Numbered from the stretch's first letter, positions 9,757-19,498 are shown. The stretch is DNA of 64,000 bases from Patescibacteria group bacterium (GCA_043816305.1 JBDRHZ010000012.1:55701-119700), one strand, 5' to 3'. Numbers and translations: made by a program. The notes: generated from the sequence alone by a model not told the origin.

Positions 9757-9797
9757 CAGTACCAACTGGCGGGGTGCGTGGGACAAGGCTCGAACTT
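9757..9797 (+). repeat. Inner att junction (left end of the ICE)
   Basis: cagtaccaactggcgg (9757-9772) is identical to 40051-40066; 9764-9797 is identical to 7484-7517. Confidence 0.9.
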
Positions 9798-9896
9798 TTT
9801 TCCTTACTCACCCTCTAACAAGGATATATATTCCCGAACTTTCTTTCAAGTTTAATTTACCTGCTAATTTAGATTTAAATTGTTAAAATAACCATT

Positions 9897-10034
9897 ATGA
9901 TCTACAAAAAAGGAAAGGGTGCGAGAGTTTACTACAACACCGGTTTTAGGAATTATGGATGTCTGATATCATTACTTATTCTTCCTATCCAGCTTATCAT
10001 CCTTGTACTAATGAAAATGATAAGAAGGTCATAA
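9897..10034 (+). CDS. Possible 45-aa membrane peptide
   Basis: Manually translated MIYKKGKGARVYYNTGFRNYGCLISLLILPIQLIILVLMKMIRRS; not in the ORF track. Confidence 0.35.
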   Translation: MIYKKGKGARVYYNTGFRNYGCLISLLILPIQLIILVLMKMIRRS

Positions 10035-10045
10035 GACAAACTGGG

Positions 10046-10231
10046 TTATTTCCCTTTTCTTAATTTTCGAACCCCTTTAAATTTGCTGTTTCTTTGAGAC
10101 TTATTATCAAGGAACTTCTTAGTCTCAGTGTTGATTTTGACATATAACTTTGTCTTGGGGTTTTTTACCTGAACTCGCTTCCGAACAGCTCCTTTTCTTT
10201 GATTATCACCATACGGTTTATTTTTTGCCAT
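10046..10231 (-). CDS. Small basic protein of a type common in mobile/defence islands
   Basis: MAKNKPYGDNQRKGAVRKRVQVKNPKT..FKGVRK pattern; ATG at 10231. Confidence 0.7.
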   Translation of the reverse strand: MAKNKPYGDNQRKGAVRKRVQVKNPKTKLYVKINTETKKFLDNKSQRNSKFKGVRKLRKGK

Positions 10232-10281
10232 TATTAGTTTTGTAAAAATTAAATAATTGTTCAAGATATTTAATCAGTCTT

Positions 10282-13200
10282 TTATTCTTCGTCTAATATT
10301 TGATCTTTTTCTCTTCGTATTTCTCTAAGTACATGTTGATGAATATCAGTGAAAAATCTTTTCGCTGGAGATTCAGGGGCAATATTTGCAAGGACTTCGG
10401 CAGATTTATCACGCATTTCGATATCCTGAGGAAATGGTTCTCCTACCGTTCCTGATCTCCCACCTGAGATCAACGTGCTTCCTAAAGAGGATCTTACTGA
10501 GTTAAAACACTCTGACCCCTGAAAATAAGCACGTTCTAATATTTTTATGATAAATCCAATATTATTCCAAATAAAACTTGCTGGTGCTTCTGATATAAGT
10601 GAAGCTGCATATTTAATTTTGTCAGCTGAACCAGATTCTATCCATTCATTTAGAATTTTCATGACAGTGCCATTAAACTCGTTTGCTACCATAGAAAACA
10701 AATCCTTCCCGAAATGGATATGCTCCCATTTTTTTAGATCAGAGTAAACCCAGTCCCTTAGTTGTCTCAATATATCCTCATACTCTTTAGTTTCATGAAA
10801 TCTAAACTTTGTTTCTTTCTCATGCCTGAAAGGCAAAGGATCGTATTCTTTATTTGTTGATTTCTCAGTTTTATCAATACGTTTTTTCAAGAATTCAATA
10901 GTTTCAGTTGGATATTGAAAGGAGATCTCATTAAGATAATTTTCAATATAGTACCCATCAATAGAAGGGCAATCAAGAAGCATATTATTAATTTTTTCAA
11001 TATCCTTTACTGATAAGTCGTGTATTTTGAAAGCCCCATGTTGGTTAAACTCACTTAAAACCTCTTCTGCTATTTGAGATGATCCTTCAAACTTTATATT
11101 CAATGCCAATTGCAGTGCAATTAGTTTATCTACTTCAGCTAACCTGCTAAGTGAATGAACGCTAGATAATCGAACTGTTTTATCTGGAGAATTTAGTAAC
11201 TCAGTAAGCACTGATTTATTTTTTTCTTCAGCAATCTCGTTGCCAAACAGTCCCCAACTGAAAGAAGATGCTAGCTGTCTTTGTAGCGCTATGTTTCCTA
11301 ACTTGAGAGTTTTTCGTGCTATTTCTAAGGCTTTTTCTTTCTCAAACTTTTGTAGATAAGTAATTACTGTACTAAGGAAATTGCTGAGAACAGAGGTAGG
11401 GTTCTCCATAATAAAGTCCCCTAGCTCTCCGCCAAATTGTGGAGATAATCTAATAAGGCTACTCATGAAATGAGCCTGAATACCGTTCTGTTTGGAGATC
11501 GTAATAATTTGGGATACCCTTTCTTCAAGAAAAAGAATAAGATCAGAGTTCGAATATTTTTTTAGAGTTTTCTTAGCTGTAAGATCTATCCATTCACTCC
11601 ATCGTTCTTCTCTTTCCTTATAGGAGAGTTGCTCTTCCTCAAATGATCTGCCCCATCCATCCATTAAAGCTCTAACTATGTCTAATCCAAGGCTTTGAGG
11701 TATAGCATCTAGTACTTGTTGTGAGTGTTCCTTAGCCTTTGTTTTACCGTGCTTTGCCTGCCAAACTACAGCTTGTATTATTTCAACTAGTAAGATTGGA
11801 TCAAGGTTATTTTTTTCAACTATTTGTTTAAGTTTTATTAGAACTTCAATTATCCTTTTCTCCCATTCTTTAATTAGTTTTCCTCCTACTACAGCACCAA
11901 ACATGCCTCTTGGATAGCTTGTAGCTGCTGTAATTGTTTGAATTGCTCGACTGGCATAATGTAAATTATCTCCAATAAGGTAGTGAAATGCTAAATCAAT
12001 TGCTTTTTCCCTAAATAGATCTACCTGCGTAGGGGAAACAAAATATGGTCTCATTGTAAACTTGTTGTCATGAAACTCAGTAATATCAGTTTCCGTTGCT
12101 AAAACATGATCGATTACTTCAAATGCGGGAAGTCCGTATTCAGGATCTTTAGTCCATTCAATTGCCAGATTTAATATTCGCTCTGTGTATATCAGGGGTT
12201 TTCTTGGTTTTATTTCTATTAAGTCACTTAGTATCCTCATAGGATGCTCCGGATATTGATTTTGTCGCCTCTTATCAGTTTGGGCAAGTTTCCATAATAA
12301 ATTACATGCATCAATTAAATAATCAAGATTGTAAGCTATATCTTGTAATATTTCGGGAAGCTTATGTGTTACATAGTCGTAGGTAACATTATCTGACCAT
12401 CTAGGATCTAAACCAGACTTTCTTGTAGGATTATCTATAGCAAATCTTACTAGAGTAAGCATCCTTTCGGGTTGGAAATAGGCAATATCTTTAATCATTT
12501 CAAGTATCTCTTTTCTCTGCCAAATACCAGCATTTTTAAACTCATCCATAACTATCAACCACACTTCATCAAGAAGAGTAGTTCTCAATCCCTTCCCATT
12601 CTCATAGACCAGACGCCAGTCGAGTTGACTTAAATTCTTAAGTAAATTACTGGCTAATTTCCCTTTTGCAATTTTATACACCCTGTCAGCAAAACCTGTG
12701 GATTTTTGTTCATTTGAATTGAAGCAGGCTACTTCTCTAATATAATCAGCTAGAAGATCAGGGACTATTCTAAGCTGTTGGCCACGTCTTAAGAGGATAC
12801 CAGCATCTTCGAGTAATCTGATCTTACTATCAATAAGAACTTTGTCTTCTCTAAGTAATTCTTTCGTAATTTCAGAGAAACTTTCATCAGATTGTATTAC
12901 TGGTTGAATTAAAGTAATTAAATCCAAGAGTTTTTTAATCTGAGGTTTTTCAGTTGCATCACCTATTTCTGCTGTGACAACATCTTTAAACCTAGATAGC
13001 ATGAGTCGCCGAAATGACTTGGAATTATTTAATGTTGCAGGTAGAATAACCTCTTTACTGAGGACTTTGGCTGCAATTACTGTAATTAACGGACAATCTT
13101 TACTTAATTTAGCTATAGTTATAGCCAAGTCCTCAGGGCCATTATTTTCTCTCAGTACCTCCTTAGCAAGTATTTCTGCTTCTTTTTTAGTTAAACTTTC

Positions 13201-14394
13201 GATGTTTAGAATAAGCTCTTCACCTGTAGCAATTGCTGATGAAAATATACTTGCCTTTATTTTTTCTAAACCATATGGTCTCGTTGATAGCATAAGCTTA
13301 CATTTCAATCCTTGATGTACTATTCCATTTATAAGTACATTCAGATCATCTCTATCATGTGCATCATCTGCTATCAAAATAGTATTTTCTGGTATTCCTT
13401 CTAAATCTTTTGGTTCTATCTCAATACCTAATGACGCAAAAAATATGTGGGAAAAATTCGACTTTACTTCAGTATCGTTTGTAATTTCTCTTAAAATTTT
13501 AGTTTTTCCTATTCCTCCACGACCACTTATAATCGCAACTATTTGATCGCTTTTTAAATATTCTTTTAGTTTGCCTATTTCTTTGGTTCTTCCGACTAAA
13601 TTCCAGTCTTGGGTAAAAAATGAATCTACTCCAGGTAAACTATTAAAGTAATTTTCTGGTTTTACCCATGGTCCAGGTTTTGGTTCCCCAAGAAAGTCCA
13701 TACGTTGATTTGGAAAATACGCATCGATTATTCTTAATCTTTCTGGTCGAGGTAATCTTCTGATATCATCAGAAATGTCAACTAAATCTCGTAAATGCCA
13801 ACTCGATCCATGTTTTGTAATAGCTTCATCTTCCTTTGCGGTTGCTTCTTTCGTCAGAAGAATGAATTGATCAGTTATTTTAAAATTGGTTTTTTCTATT
13901 ATCTTTGAGAAATCGGCTTTCTGTACTGCATTGTCGATTTTTTGTGGTCCAAACTTGCTATTATATTCAACACGTTTACATTGGAAAGTTTTAATACTTT
14001 TGTCTGGAAATTTTGCATATATATCAATCCCATACTGTTTATCTCCATGTCTACCGAAAATACGAACATCGGTGGCTTCTGGGTATAAGGATTTGATTAG
14101 GTCTAAACAAAACTTTTCGAATTTTGCTGGTGGCAGGTTATAAAGTGGTAAAGTGTCTGTTAATAGCCTTTCGGGTGACGGTACTAATCGTCCTGATAGT
14201 TTATACAATTCATCTAATGAAACCTCTGGGAATAAAGCATGGAGTTTAGCTAAGTCCACTTCCTTTGGTCGAGAAGTTCCAGCTTCCCATCTACTTATAC
14301 TTTGTTGTTTAATTTCTAACTGTCTTGCTAGATCACTTTGTCTCCAACCTTTTTTCTCTCTTAATTCTTTTATTTTTTCTGATATTCTATACAT
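10282..14394 (-). CDS. XRE-HTH + Mrr-like nuclease + STAND/NACHT-like NTPase + helical sensor (Avs/NLR-like defence protein)
   Basis: HTH in aa 1-65; FEKFCLDL..QYGIDI..FQCKR nuclease motif; Walker A GRGGIGKT, Walker B LIADDAH; long alpha-helical C-terminus. Confidence 0.8.
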   Translation of the reverse strand: MYRISEKIKELREKKGWRQSDLARQLEIKQQSISRWEAGTSRPKEVDLAKLHALFPEVSLDELYKLSGRLVPSPERLLTDTLPLYNLPPAKFEKFCLDLIKSLYPEATDVRIFGRHGDKQYGIDIYAKFPDKSIKTFQCKRVEYNSKFGPQKIDNAVQKADFSKIIEKTNFKITDQFILLTKEATAKEDEAITKHGSSWHLRDLVDISDDIRRLPRPERLRIIDAYFPNQRMDFLGEPKPGPWVKPENYFNSLPGVDSFFTQDWNLVGRTKEIGKLKEYLKSDQIVAIISGRGGIGKTKILREITNDTEVKSNFSHIFFASLGIEIEPKDLEGIPENTILIADDAHDRDDLNVLINGIVHQGLKCKLMLSTRPYGLEKIKASIFSSAIATGEELILNIESLTKKEAEILAKEVLRENNGPEDLAITIAKLSKDCPLITVIAAKVLSKEVILPATLNNSKSFRRLMLSRFKDVVTAEIGDATEKPQIKKLLDLITLIQPVIQSDESFSEITKELLREDKVLIDSKIRLLEDAGILLRRGQQLRIVPDLLADYIREVACFNSNEQKSTGFADRVYKIAKGKLASNLLKNLSQLDWRLVYENGKGLRTTLLDEVWLIVMDEFKNAGIWQRKEILEMIKDIAYFQPERMLTLVRFAIDNPTRKSGLDPRWSDNVTYDYVTHKLPEILQDIAYNLDYLIDACNLLWKLAQTDKRRQNQYPEHPMRILSDLIEIKPRKPLIYTERILNLAIEWTKDPEYGLPAFEVIDHVLATETDITEFHDNKFTMRPYFVSPTQVDLFREKAIDLAFHYLIGDNLHYASRAIQTITAATSYPRGMFGAVVGGKLIKEWEKRIIEVLIKLKQIVEKNNLDPILLVEIIQAVVWQAKHGKTKAKEHSQQVLDAIPQSLGLDIVRALMDGWGRSFEEEQLSYKEREERWSEWIDLTAKKTLKKYSNSDLILFLEERVSQIITISKQNGIQAHFMSSLIRLSPQFGGELGDFIMENPTSVLSNFLSTVITYLQKFEKEKALEIARKTLKLGNIALQRQLASSFSWGLFGNEIAEEKNKSVLTELLNSPDKTVRLSSVHSLSRLAEVDKLIALQLALNIKFEGSSQIAEEVLSEFNQHGAFKIHDLSVKDIEKINNMLLDCPSIDGYYIENYLNEISFQYPTETIEFLKKRIDKTEKSTNKEYDPLPFRHEKETKFRFHETKEYEDILRQLRDWVYSDLKKWEHIHFGKDLFSMVANEFNGTVMKILNEWIESGSADKIKYAASLISEAPASFIWNNIGFIIKILERAYFQGSECFNSVRSSLGSTLISGGRSGTVGEPFPQDIEMRDKSAEVLANIAPESPAKRFFTDIHQHVLREIRREKDQILDEE

Positions 14395-14401
14395 ATCTCA
14401 C

Positions 14402-14430
14402 ATTATACACATTTAATGTGTGCGATGCAA
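14402..14430 (-). promoter_or_regulatory. Sigma70 promoter with palindromic operator for the STAND gene
   Basis: TTGCAT-17bp-TATAAT on the minus strand; acacatt-t-aatgtgt palindrome at 14407-14421; ATG 8 nt past the -10. Confidence 0.7.
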
Positions 14431-14456
14431 GGAAGGAATGAAAAAGATGGTGATTT

Positions 14457-14624
14457 TCAGCAATAACTCAGTAATAATTCTGGAGGATTATTAGTTTCCC
14501 AAGATAACAGAGTACCTGTCGGATATTGTCTTATAAGTGAAGCTATTAAATTCTTAGCATTATTTCGTTTCCGAACATATTCACGTTGAAATGCAGGAAC
14601 AAATAATTGATAATTTAGAATTAA
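14457..14624 (-). pseudogene. DUF262 (GmrS-like) N-terminal fragment
   Basis: Startless frame YQLFVPAFQREYVRK..LIASLIRQYPTGTLLSWET. Confidence 0.75.
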
Positions 14625-15440
14625 TTATTCCTTTCTAAGTATTAGGCAATAATGATGAATAATGTTACTTACCCAAGCATGAGGATATCCATATGGTGCT
14701 AACCCCACTTTGTCTTGAGCCCAAATTTTTTCATCTTTCAATACATAAAGTGTTCCTAACCTTTTAGCTAAATCCCAAGCCAATGGATATAATTTTCCCT
14801 CTTTCTTAACATTTTTGATAATTACCGTGATATAACCCTTTGGCTTCAAAATCTTGTAAATTTGCTCATATATTTTATACAGTTCATCGAGGAACTGTTC
14901 ATAATCATCAATATTTCCCAAATCTTTTTCATCTTTTGAATATTTTACATCTAGATCATCTTTTTCTCTTTTATTCTTAAAGTCTTTAGTACTCCTGTTT
15001 AATACATTCCAGTAAGGTGGTGATGATATACAGTAGTCAATTGTTGGTAAATCCAACTCATTAATATTCATTGAATTTCCCACTATTATTTTTTGGGTTG
15101 TTCTCTTTTTTGCTATTTCTGTATATTTGGGGTTAAGCTCGATTCCAATTCCTTTTCTGTTAGTTCTATCGCAAGCGACTAAAGTACTCCCAATACCTAC
15201 AAAAGGATCAAGAACAACTTGACCTTCTTTTGTAAAGAACTTTACAAAGCTTTCAATCATGGTTGAAGAATAAGTAGCTGGATGTTCTTTTGATTTACCA
15301 TTTGTCAGATCCCTCTCTTCTTTCAAGTCTTTCGGAAGGGCATTAAAAATAAAAAAACTACTCAAAAACTTTACCCATTCAGTTCCATTCAAATCGTTAA
15401 GAGTATTAACCATTTTTCTTTTTTTTGTAATTTTGTCCAT
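14625..15440 (-). CDS. DNA amino-methyltransferase, likely m4C
   Basis: HPATY, VLDPFVGIGST (motif I), SSPPYW (motif IV). Confidence 0.88.
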   Translation of the reverse strand: MDKITKKRKMVNTLNDLNGTEWVKFLSSFFIFNALPKDLKEERDLTNGKSKEHPATYSSTMIESFVKFFTKEGQVVLDPFVGIGSTLVACDRTNRKGIGIELNPKYTEIAKKRTTQKIIVGNSMNINELDLPTIDYCISSPPYWNVLNRSTKDFKNKREKDDLDVKYSKDEKDLGNIDDYEQFLDELYKIYEQIYKILKPKGYITVIIKNVKKEGKLYPLAWDLAKRLGTLYVLKDEKIWAQDKVGLAPYGYPHAWVSNIIHHYCLILRKE

Positions 15441-15444
15441 ATAA

Positions 15445-16488
15445 TTATATTTTTATAGATATTGAATTATTTAATAAACCCTCTTCAATTATTTTTACTG
15501 CATAATCCCTTTTAGACCTTTCAACATTTAAATCAATATTTTTGTAAGTTGTTCGTAATTCTTTCTCAAATGAAGGGTTAAGACCAACCAATTCATCTAC
15601 AGTAATAATATTCCAACTTTTATCTGAGACTAGTATTTTCCACTCTTTATCATGATTCCGTGAATTATTTATCCTATTAAATTCTTCTCGTTCCAAGAAT
15701 GGAAATAAATAAAGAAACTTCTCCTTTTGTAAATCAATATTAGATTTTAATAGTAAATATTTTGATACCAAAGCCTCTCCAACAACTATATGTCCCATTC
15801 TAAAACTTGAATCTGTGAAATTCTTATACCTTGGCCCTCTTATTTTGACCCATCCATATTTTGTTTTTATTAAATCTCTTGATTCTAAATATAATTTCCA
15901 GTCTCCATTATAAGGGGGTGCAAGAAAAAAGCGGTTAAATGTTTTAAGCATTTTATTTTCTATCTGCTTGATAATCTCTTTTAGGTCAGTGGTATTTTCA
16001 TAACATTTGACAAGTTTCTTTATGTCAGATAATTCATCCGTTATCAGGTATCTAATGCAAGGATCTTGACTATGTTCCTCAGACGCGCTTAATGCAGCAG
16101 CCATTAAATCATGTCTAATTTCATGTTGGCCTTTTTTTAAATAGTAGATTGATAGAATATTATTAAGTAAGGCACCGTAGGCATGGTGAAACCTTTGTAG
16201 TTGAGCGTTACCCCAGGATCTGGTATTTAAACAATGTGACCCTTCTATTACAATTTTTGGAGAAGAATTAACAATTTGTTGAGTAAAAGGATCAAACCAT
16301 TCCTCATCAGCGAACCATGCAAAATCATTTGAACCATAAACAACTCCATTGATTCCAAAGCTGAGTCCACCTTCAGCCCAAATATCTTGATCATGATTGC
16401 TGCTACCAATATATACACGACGCTTGAGGGTATCAGTATTCCCTATACTTGAGAGCTCTCTTTTTATAATATCATCGGTTTTTGACAT
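15445..16488 (-). CDS. Putative restriction endonuclease subunit
   Basis: Lies between two MTases; NDFAW..IVIEGS..GNAQLQRF resembles a type II REase core. Confidence 0.55.
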   Translation of the reverse strand: MSKTDDIIKRELSSIGNTDTLKRRVYIGSSNHDQDIWAEGGLSFGINGVVYGSNDFAWFADEEWFDPFTQQIVNSSPKIVIEGSHCLNTRSWGNAQLQRFHHAYGALLNNILSIYYLKKGQHEIRHDLMAAALSASEEHSQDPCIRYLITDELSDIKKLVKCYENTTDLKEIIKQIENKMLKTFNRFFLAPPYNGDWKLYLESRDLIKTKYGWVKIRGPRYKNFTDSSFRMGHIVVGEALVSKYLLLKSNIDLQKEKFLYLFPFLEREEFNRINNSRNHDKEWKILVSDKSWNIITVDELVGLNPSFEKELRTTYKNIDLNVERSKRDYAVKIIEEGLLNNSISIKI

Positions 16489-17584
16489 AGTGTAAAATGT
16501 AATTAATTAATCCATCGTAATTAATATCTTTTAAATAATTTATTAAACCGATGCTATCTAATGGGAATTTCAATTCTTTTGACATTTTTTCTAAACTATC
16601 TGTTGATAAATTTGCTAAAAGATAAAATTTAATATAAGTATCTAACCATTTATTATATCTTGATTCCTTAGCATAATCTGTTATTTGAGTCGAATTCTTA
16701 TCGATAATCGTCATATCACCTTCTGCATTAAATGTGATTAGTCCTGAATATGAACTTGCGTCCTTTTTGAAAGGAATCACTTCGAAAGCTTTATGAAAGA
16801 TCTGTTTCGATATATATTTTTCAATCTGAGGTGCTGAGGATTGTAGTGTTTTAACTTCAAATACAGCATTTTTCCAATCTTGAAATGATTTTGTATTATT
16901 TTTGACTTTATCTAAACCGAACGTTGTTATTGTCATTAATTCGATTAATGAATATCCTCTAAAACCTACCCCATACTTTGTTAAAGCATTAGATAATTCA
17001 TCAACTCTATATATTGATGCATCTGGGGTACCGACTCCATAATAGAAGGGTATCTGTGTATCTGTAAAAAACCCGAATTTTGAAAAATAACTAGAGATAA
17101 TAAATTCAAAGAACGATTCGAATTCGGATACCTTTGTTAATCCCTTCCTAATTGGAATTATTATGTAGTCATTAGGATTATAATTATTTTGGATCAACTC
17201 CTTGCTTATTTCTTTTAACCTCTCAAGGAACAAGCTATATTTTTCATATTCAATCGGTAATAAGTATTTATAACCCTTAAGGATATATGGTTTTTCGAGT
17301 ACATTTATTCTTGGTGTACATGAAAACGACAGATCAGAAATTGACATCAACCCTTCTTGAATATTGTATTCCTCTGCTTGATTAAATATTCTATAATAAT
17401 CCCTTTTAAGAAAAAAACGACACTCAGGTTCAGAAATATCTAAGTATCCATGAGCAGATAAAACGGCATATAAAAATGCTTCCCTCGGACTCAATTCAAT
17501 AGTATCTCCGACACAAGGGTTTTTTACTCGTTTTAAACCAAGAGATTTCGTTAATGTATTTAAAACAAAAGATTTATTTATCAT
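16472..17584 (-). CDS. Putative PD-(D/E)xK restriction endonuclease subunit
   Basis: GTPDASIY...VFEVKT motif; overlaps neighbouring genes. Confidence 0.6.
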   Translation of the reverse strand: MINKSFVLNTLTKSLGLKRVKNPCVGDTIELSPREAFLYAVLSAHGYLDISEPECRFFLKRDYYRIFNQAEEYNIQEGLMSISDLSFSCTPRINVLEKPYILKGYKYLLPIEYEKYSLFLERLKEISKELIQNNYNPNDYIIIPIRKGLTKVSEFESFFEFIISSYFSKFGFFTDTQIPFYYGVGTPDASIYRVDELSNALTKYGVGFRGYSLIELMTITTFGLDKVKNNTKSFQDWKNAVFEVKTLQSSAPQIEKYISKQIFHKAFEVIPFKKDASSYSGLITFNAEGDMTIIDKNSTQITDYAKESRYNKWLDTYIKFYLLANLSTDSLEKMSKELKFPLDSIGLINYLKDINYDGLINYILHYVKNR

Positions 17585-19178
17585 TTAAATTCATTATTCG
17601 GTCAATTAAATATATGCTTATATTCTTTAAACTCTCATAATCATCTGTTTTGAAAACGTAATCTATAGCTTTTTCCAAAACTTCATCATAAATATTTGTG
17701 ATATTTAATGTACTTCCATGAGCTTTGTATTTATCAATTATTCCATCGATTTCTGATAAATTGAATCCTAAGGATAATTGGCTATTATTCATTTTGATAC
17801 TTTTTTTAAACAACATGTATAGGTCAGTTTTCGGTGATCTTTTTGACCAATTTTTATTAAAAGAATTTCCTAGTGGATCGTGAATATTTAAACCACAAAA
17901 TGAAAAACCAGCACCCTTAATCGCTCTTATTATTGCACTCCATACTTTAAAATCCTTATTGTGAAATGTTACCATCAAAAATTTCTCATTTTTTAATACT
18001 CGAAACGTTTCAGAAAAAACTTGAGATAATAAATCTTCATAATTTTTAATATTTTTTTTCTTCGATCTGTTAATGATTATTTCATCATCATGTTTATACT
18101 CATTCTTAAACCAAAAATTCCAAACCATACTCAATTCGTCGTATTGGATACTATCTCCGTATGGTGGGTCGGTAAAAATGAAGTCTATTGAATCGTTTTT
18201 AATAATATTAGAAACATCTGTTGATGATTGATTAAATATCTCACAACTGTAGTCAGAATTTTTTATTCTTTCATTGGCAATTTTTTTCCCTTCTAATAGG
18301 TTTTCTACTCTCTGTGCAAACCTAAACCAAACGTTCTCCTCAATCCAGTCATCAGGAACCCAATAATTGTTTACTGAAAGAGGACGGACATTTGCACCTT
18401 TTAGTTTACTTGCATGAAGTAAAGTATCAGAGAAAGATAGCAGAAGAAGTTCTTTAACATTATTATCTTTAATATCTTGTATAACACTTAACAGTGTAGA
18501 TAATGCATGAAGATTTCTGTTCGTAAACAACTTATCAACTGAGGTTATACCTTTATATGTAATTCTATCTTTATCAAATTTTTCAGGAAACTTATTTTGG
18601 GGATACCAATTTGCAATCTTGCTTTTTTCAAGTTTGTGTAAGTTCTGTAAATCTTTCTCAGACAATAAAAGCTTTTTCATTGTTTTTCTCTTTCCACAAT
18701 TTGGACAATATGCTTTTGCAGAAATGGATTTAAACTTTGGGCCTCTTTCGAAATATTCGCCTAAATAATTTGATCCACAGAATTCACATTTTTTAGATAA
18801 TATATAGAGCTTATTTAGTTTGTTTTTTAATTTCACAGATATTTTCTCAAACTCAATTTCGATCTCTTCTGTAATATTATGGTTCAAAATAGTCATACGA
18901 CTTACAAATGTAGACACTGGGTTTAAATCAATTAGAATAGAATTTCTATCTAGAACAAGAGATTCAACACCGGTAACACCACTTCCAGAAAATGGATCAA
19001 AAACGACATCTCCTTTATTTGTAAATTCTTTTATATATGAATTTACATAATACCAAGGTTTTCTTGCCCAATATTTATGTATTTTATACATTTTTATAAT
19101 TTTATCTTGCTTAGGAACAACAATGCTGTCCCTAATTTTGTTTAGTCTTTCTTTAGTATCAACCATATTTTTCATCAA
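17574..19178 (-). CDS. DNA adenine (m6A) methyltransferase with Zn-ribbon insert
   Basis: HKYWARKP, FDPFSGSG, CEFC/CPNC, FTDPPY. Confidence 0.88.
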   Translation of the reverse strand: MMKNMVDTKERLNKIRDSIVVPKQDKIIKMYKIHKYWARKPWYYVNSYIKEFTNKGDVVFDPFSGSGVTGVESLVLDRNSILIDLNPVSTFVSRMTILNHNITEEIEIEFEKISVKLKNKLNKLYILSKKCEFCGSNYLGEYFERGPKFKSISAKAYCPNCGKRKTMKKLLLSEKDLQNLHKLEKSKIANWYPQNKFPEKFDKDRITYKGITSVDKLFTNRNLHALSTLLSVIQDIKDNNVKELLLLSFSDTLLHASKLKGANVRPLSVNNYWVPDDWIEENVWFRFAQRVENLLEGKKIANERIKNSDYSCEIFNQSSTDVSNIIKNDSIDFIFTDPPYGDSIQYDELSMVWNFWFKNEYKHDDEIIINRSKKKNIKNYEDLLSQVFSETFRVLKNEKFLMVTFHNKDFKVWSAIIRAIKGAGFSFCGLNIHDPLGNSFNKNWSKRSPKTDLYMLFKKSIKMNNSQLSLGFNLSEIDGIIDKYKAHGSTLNITNIYDEVLEKAIDYVFKTDDYESLKNISIYLIDRIMNLNDK

Positions 19179-19374
19179 TTAATTCGTCTAAAGAGATGTT
19201 TAAAGCCTTAGCAATTTTATAAATGGTTTTTATTGTAGGATTTTTCACTTGCCCATTTTCAATCTTCATAAGTGTAGCATAAGGAATATTTGCTTTTCGA
19301 GCTAACTCTTCTTGAGTTAAATCCTTATCATTTCGTAGCTTTTTTATCTTTTCTCCAAGAGATATTTGATTCAT
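19159..19374 (-). CDS. XRE HTH regulator (controller/C-protein-like)
   Basis: LTQEELARKANIPYATLMKIENG; heads the R-M operon. Confidence 0.85.
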   Translation of the reverse strand: MNQISLGEKIKKLRNDKDLTQEELARKANIPYATLMKIENGQVKNPTIKTIYKIAKALNISLDELIDEKYG

Positions 19375-19498
19375 TTAGTTATTCTTATACAAGTAATATT
19401 CGGTTGGTAATATCATACCGCATAACTCTATAAAAGGAAACCAAAAGCCTTATTCTTTATCAAACTTTCTTATGGCGTATGAATAAAGAAAGTTTGTT

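Larger units (their letters stand above)
7484..9772. mobile_element. Recombinase-less mini-island in tandem with the ICE at tRNA-Ser
   Basis: Bounded by a 34-bp direct repeat (7484-7517 and 9764-9797) containing the aactggcgg core also present at the tRNA 3' end. Confidence 0.75.

Noticed and set aside
7484-9797. 34-bp repeat as a CRISPR repeat
   Set aside because: Only two copies 2.3 kb apart, no cas genes, and explained as att junctions.
9552-9818. 88-aa ORF overlapping the RKVFEPRY gene
   Set aside because: Weak start, overlaps a better-supported gene and crosses the att site; at most a recombinase remnant.
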